Positions 61,462-64,000 of a DNA stretch of 64,000 nucleotides are shown here, piece after piece. This DNA comes from Patescibacteria group bacterium (lineage in GTDB: Bacteria > Patescibacteriota > Microgenomatia > UBA1400 > PJMF01): positions 131,271 through 195,270 of the forward strand of contig BOKR01000001.1 of assembly GCA_016861085.1 (NCBI GenBank). The letters run 5' to 3'. The notes beneath the pieces were generated by a model that was given only the letters and a program-made list of their open reading frames with translations, was not told the origin of the DNA and did no database searches. The translations under genes were made by a program, and so were the position numbers. Position 1 is the first letter of the stretch. Each line of letters starts with the position of its first letter.

Positions 61462-62258
61462 TGCCAGATACCAAAAGAAAATCACAATTAAATTACAGAA
61501 CTTTTTTAGTCAACAGAAAATCTCTTGCGATTGCCATTGGCTTAAGTGTGGTTGCGGCAGGTTTAGTTATTTTTGCAATTATTCCACAGTTCCAGGAAAC
61601 ACTAGATTTAAACTCACAGTTGAACAACGAAAAACCAAAGTTAGAGAAATTGCAAAGAAAGCTTGTCGAGCTTGATAATATTCAATTTAGTCCGGAATTT
61701 TCCCAGAGAGAGTTTGTTGAAGCTGCCCTCCCTTCTAGAAAACCATTGTTAGAATTGTTAACCAGTTTAAACACAATCTCAGAAGCAGATAGGGTTTCTA
61801 TCACGGAGTTTTCTTTAAATCCCGGTCTAATCGCTACCAGTGAAGCTGAAGTTCAAGCCGACGCAAAAAAGACATCTAACAACGAAGGAGTTGATAGCAT
61901 TGATCTTGAAATGACAGTTGTTGGGACTTTTGATGATGTTGGTAAGTTTTTGATTGATCTAGAGAAAATCTCCCCTTTCACTACTATTGTTCAATTAGGG
62001 CTTTCTTCTAGAGCGAGCGGTGATGATTTTACTGAGCAAGCAAGCGACATGCAGGCTAAGATCTCAACTAAATCATATTTCTTTACTCAAAGTGTTGCAG
62101 CCTCTGTTGAGGCTCCACTACCAACACTCAATCAACTTGAGCAAGATGTACTCACAGAGCTAGCGAATTTCTCGACTATTGATCTTCCTGAACAGCTTGA
62201 AATCACAGGTGGTGGTTTGGAAGATCTGTTTGGGGTAGATCCGCTTCAGTTTGAGTAG
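61461..62258 (+). CDS. pilO: type IV pilus assembly protein PilO-like
   Basis: 265 aa with one transmembrane helix followed by a coiled coil. The ATGA overlap with pilN suggests translational coupling. Confidence 0.6.
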   Translation: MPDTKRKSQLNYRTFLVNRKSLAIAIGLSVVAAGLVIFAIIPQFQETLDLNSQLNNEKPKLEKLQRKLVELDNIQFSPEFSQREFVEAALPSRKPLLELLTSLNTISEADRVSITEFSLNPGLIATSEAEVQADAKKTSNNEGVDSIDLEMTVVGTFDDVGKFLIDLEKISPFTTIVQLGLSSRASGDDFTEQASDMQAKISTKSYFFTQSVAASVEAPLPTLNQLEQDVLTELANFSTIDLPEQLEITGGGLEDLFGVDPLQFE

Positions 62259-62343
62259 GATTCTTTTGGTTTTCTTCATATTTTATAATTTAGCTTTTTT
62301 GTGAAAAAAAGATTGATAAGTCAATTAATTTGTTACAAAATAA

Positions 62344-62375
62344 CAATTAGCAGTCTTAATATAGAACTGCTAATG
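62344..62375. repeat. palindromic element, copy B (CAATTAGCAGTCT ... ACTGCTAATG)
   Basis: Lies between the convergent pilO and KH-domain genes. It shares the 13-nt left arm with copy A. Confidence 0.6.
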
Positions 62376-62445
62376 ACCGATAATAATATTATGAGGATAC
62401 AAAAAAGCCTCGATTTCTCGAGGCTTTTGCAATTTTTTAAGTTAA

Positions 62446-62742
62446 TTATTCTTCAACCATTTCCTCAGTTGCTTCGACTGGAGCTTCTGTTGTTTCTACT
62501 GGTCTCTCTTTGCCGTCATCAATAGTGATTCTTGCGCGGATACCTTCTTTAATAGCTCTGATTTTACCAATGTTTCTAATTGAGTGGATAACTGCGCCAC
62601 CTTTTCCGATGACTCTGCCTACATCTTCTGGATTAACATGGATGGTGTAGAGGAATCCTCTTTCATCTTCTGTTTCGTCAATGACAACGTCTTCTGGATA
62701 TTGCACCAAGTGGATAAGGATGTACTCTAAAAGATTTTTCAT
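62446..62742 (-). CDS. KH-domain RNA-binding protein (UPF0109/YlqC family)
   Basis: 98 aa. VGRVIGKGGAVIHSIR is a KH GXXG motif. The gene is adjacent to rpsP, as in many bacteria. Confidence 0.8.
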   Translation of the reverse strand: MKNLLEYILIHLVQYPEDVVIDETEDERGFLYTIHVNPEDVGRVIGKGGAVIHSIRNIGKIRAIKEGIRARITIDDGKERPVETTEAPVEATEEMVEE

Positions 62743-62789
62743 TTATGTGTTCCTTTATATTATTGTATTAAGTGTAAATGAAAACTAAG

Positions 62790-63209
62790 TTATTCTGCAG
62801 TAGGAGTTTCAGTTTCTGCAACTGGTTCCTCTGGAGCGGCTGGTGCTTCGGCTACTTCTTCAGTTGCTTTAGCTTCTACTTCAGTCGGTGCTGTTTCTTT
62901 TGCTTCTTTAGCTGCGGCTGCTTTTGCGACTGCTTTTTTAGAAAGTTTCTTTGGTTTTTCTGGGAATGGGTTGCCTGATTCAACTCGTTTTGCCAATGCA
63001 GCAACGGTATCTGTAGGTTGTGCGCCTTTTTTAAGCCATTCATTGAATGCTTTTAAATCGAGATCCAAAATTTTTGGAACAGCGGTTGGTGCGTAGTGCC
63101 CTAGTAAGGCAATGTATTGTCCGTCTCTTTTTGATCGAGCTTCATTGACGATAATACGGAAATGAGGCTGATTTCTTTTACCAAAGCGAGCTAATTTGAT
63201 TCTTAACAT
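62790..63209 (-). CDS. rpsP: 30S ribosomal protein S16 with Ala/Lys/Glu-rich C-terminal extension
   Basis: 139 aa. MLRIKLARFGKRNQPHFRIIV is the canonical S16 N-terminus. Confidence 0.9.
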   Translation of the reverse strand: MLRIKLARFGKRNQPHFRIIVNEARSKRDGQYIALLGHYAPTAVPKILDLDLKAFNEWLKKGAQPTDTVAALAKRVESGNPFPEKPKKLSKKAVAKAAAAKEAKETAPTEVEAKATEEVAEAPAAPEEPVAETETPTAE

Positions 63210-63288
63210 GATTGTGTTCTCTTCATTAATTACTAATTTTCACTCAAGAGTTGGAATTATACTCTAAACCCAAGAATTTCTCAAGTGG

Positions 63289-63954
63289 TTACTCTTGTGT
63301 ATACTTTTTTACTGCTTCTCTTGCTGCGGCTTGTTGAGCATGTTGTTTACTTTTTCCTGAACCCCTGCCGACAACTGAGTTACCCACACTCACTGTAACC
63401 GTGAATTCTTTGTCGTGATCTGGACCGACTTCAGTAATTACTTCATACGTTGGAGTTTCAAAACCAAGTGCTTGCACTACTTCTTGCAGGTAGCTTTTTG
63501 CATCTTTGTATAATTTTTTTTCAATGATTTCATCGATATGTGGAAAAAGAATTTCAGCAAGTAGCTTTGCTGCAGCATCAAATCCTTGATCGAGGTACAA
63601 AGCACCAAGGAACGCTTCTAGTGTGTCGGCAAGAATACCATTATTACTGCGACCGCCAGTTGCTTCCTCACCCTTGCTCATGTGTAATTTTTCTCCAAGG
63701 CCAAGTTCGGTAGCGACTTTTCCAAGCGTTACTGTTTTGACCAGTGCGCTTCTGTATGCAGTGAGAGTACCTTCTGGATCTTCAGGATATCGGTCATATA
63801 GAAATCGAGTGGTAGCCAGTTCAAGAACCGCGTCTCCAAGAAACTCTAGGCGTTCATTAGAAACAGCTGCAGTGGTATTTTTTTCGTTCAGTGCACTTCT
63901 GTGAGTGAGTGCTGTTTCGAGTAGTTCTTGATTGTTAAATGATGGTAATTTCAT
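63289..63954 (-). CDS. rnc: ribonuclease III
   Basis: 221 aa. ERLEFLGDAVLEL is the RNase III signature, and a C-terminal dsRBD is present. Confidence 0.9.
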   Translation of the reverse strand: MKLPSFNNQELLETALTHRSALNEKNTTAAVSNERLEFLGDAVLELATTRFLYDRYPEDPEGTLTAYRSALVKTVTLGKVATELGLGEKLHMSKGEEATGGRSNNGILADTLEAFLGALYLDQGFDAAAKLLAEILFPHIDEIIEKKLYKDAKSYLQEVVQALGFETPTYEVITEVGPDHDKEFTVTVSVGNSVVGRGSGKSKQHAQQAAAREAVKKYTQE

Positions 63955-64000
63955 ATATGGTTAGCCCAAATTCTGTTATCCTAAAAATGCTTCTTCATGG

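Noticed and set aside
62778-62978. Plus-strand Cys/Phe-rich 66-aa ORF
   Set aside because: It is antisense to the low-complexity Ala/Lys/Glu tail of rpsP, so it is an artefact of the repeat composition.

Overview
The window reads as a low-GC (about 40%), gene-dense bacterial segment in the standard genetic code. Conserved genes (gyrA, gyrB, eno, glyA) translate at full length with no internal stops. Three things suggest a Saccharibacteria/CPR-like or other streamlined monoderm Terrabacteria lineage, though I cannot confirm this without a search: type IV pilus genes with no secretin; shortened housekeeping proteins (EF-Ts 155 aa, YebC 188 aa); and many short intergenic regions. Housekeeping content is glyA, nfo, folD, rpsB-tsf, eno, queA, tgt, yebC, gyrA, a family-II pyrophosphatase-like DHH protein, gyrB, holB, argG, rpsP, a KH-domain protein, rnc and one tRNA-Ala(GGC). 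There are two type IV pilus loci. The first runs pilB-pilT-pilC, major pilin, pilD and five tandem pilin-like genes. Next to it, on the opposite strand, is an operon with a sixth pilin-like gene, a 1180-aa Cys-rich secreted giant protein and two membrane proteins that share a previously unannotated C-terminal domain. The second locus is pilM-pilN-pilO. The features I think most deserve a second look are: (1) a T-box-type antiterminator/terminator leader (AGGGTGGTACCG core with a 7-nt UGGUACC bulge) upstream of a GNAT + M20 peptidase operon; (2) an accessory patch between 17.3 and 21.9 kb containing a tyrosine recombinase, a tRNA-Ala, AT-rich non-coding DNA with iteron-like and inverted 15-mer repeats, and two tandem cassettes that each encode a small hydrophobic peptide behind a conserved leader with a 3-codon uORF, arranged like type I toxin-antitoxin loci; (3) a three-copy extragenic palindrome family (CAATTAGCAG...CTGCTAAT); (4) an ArgG fused to an MGS-like domain; (5) a minus-strand operon encoding a sulfotransferase-like protein, a DUF3604-like protein, an M20 amidase and a ComB-like phosphatase, preceded by a leader hairpin. 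No CRISPR array, rRNA or obvious insertion sequence was seen.
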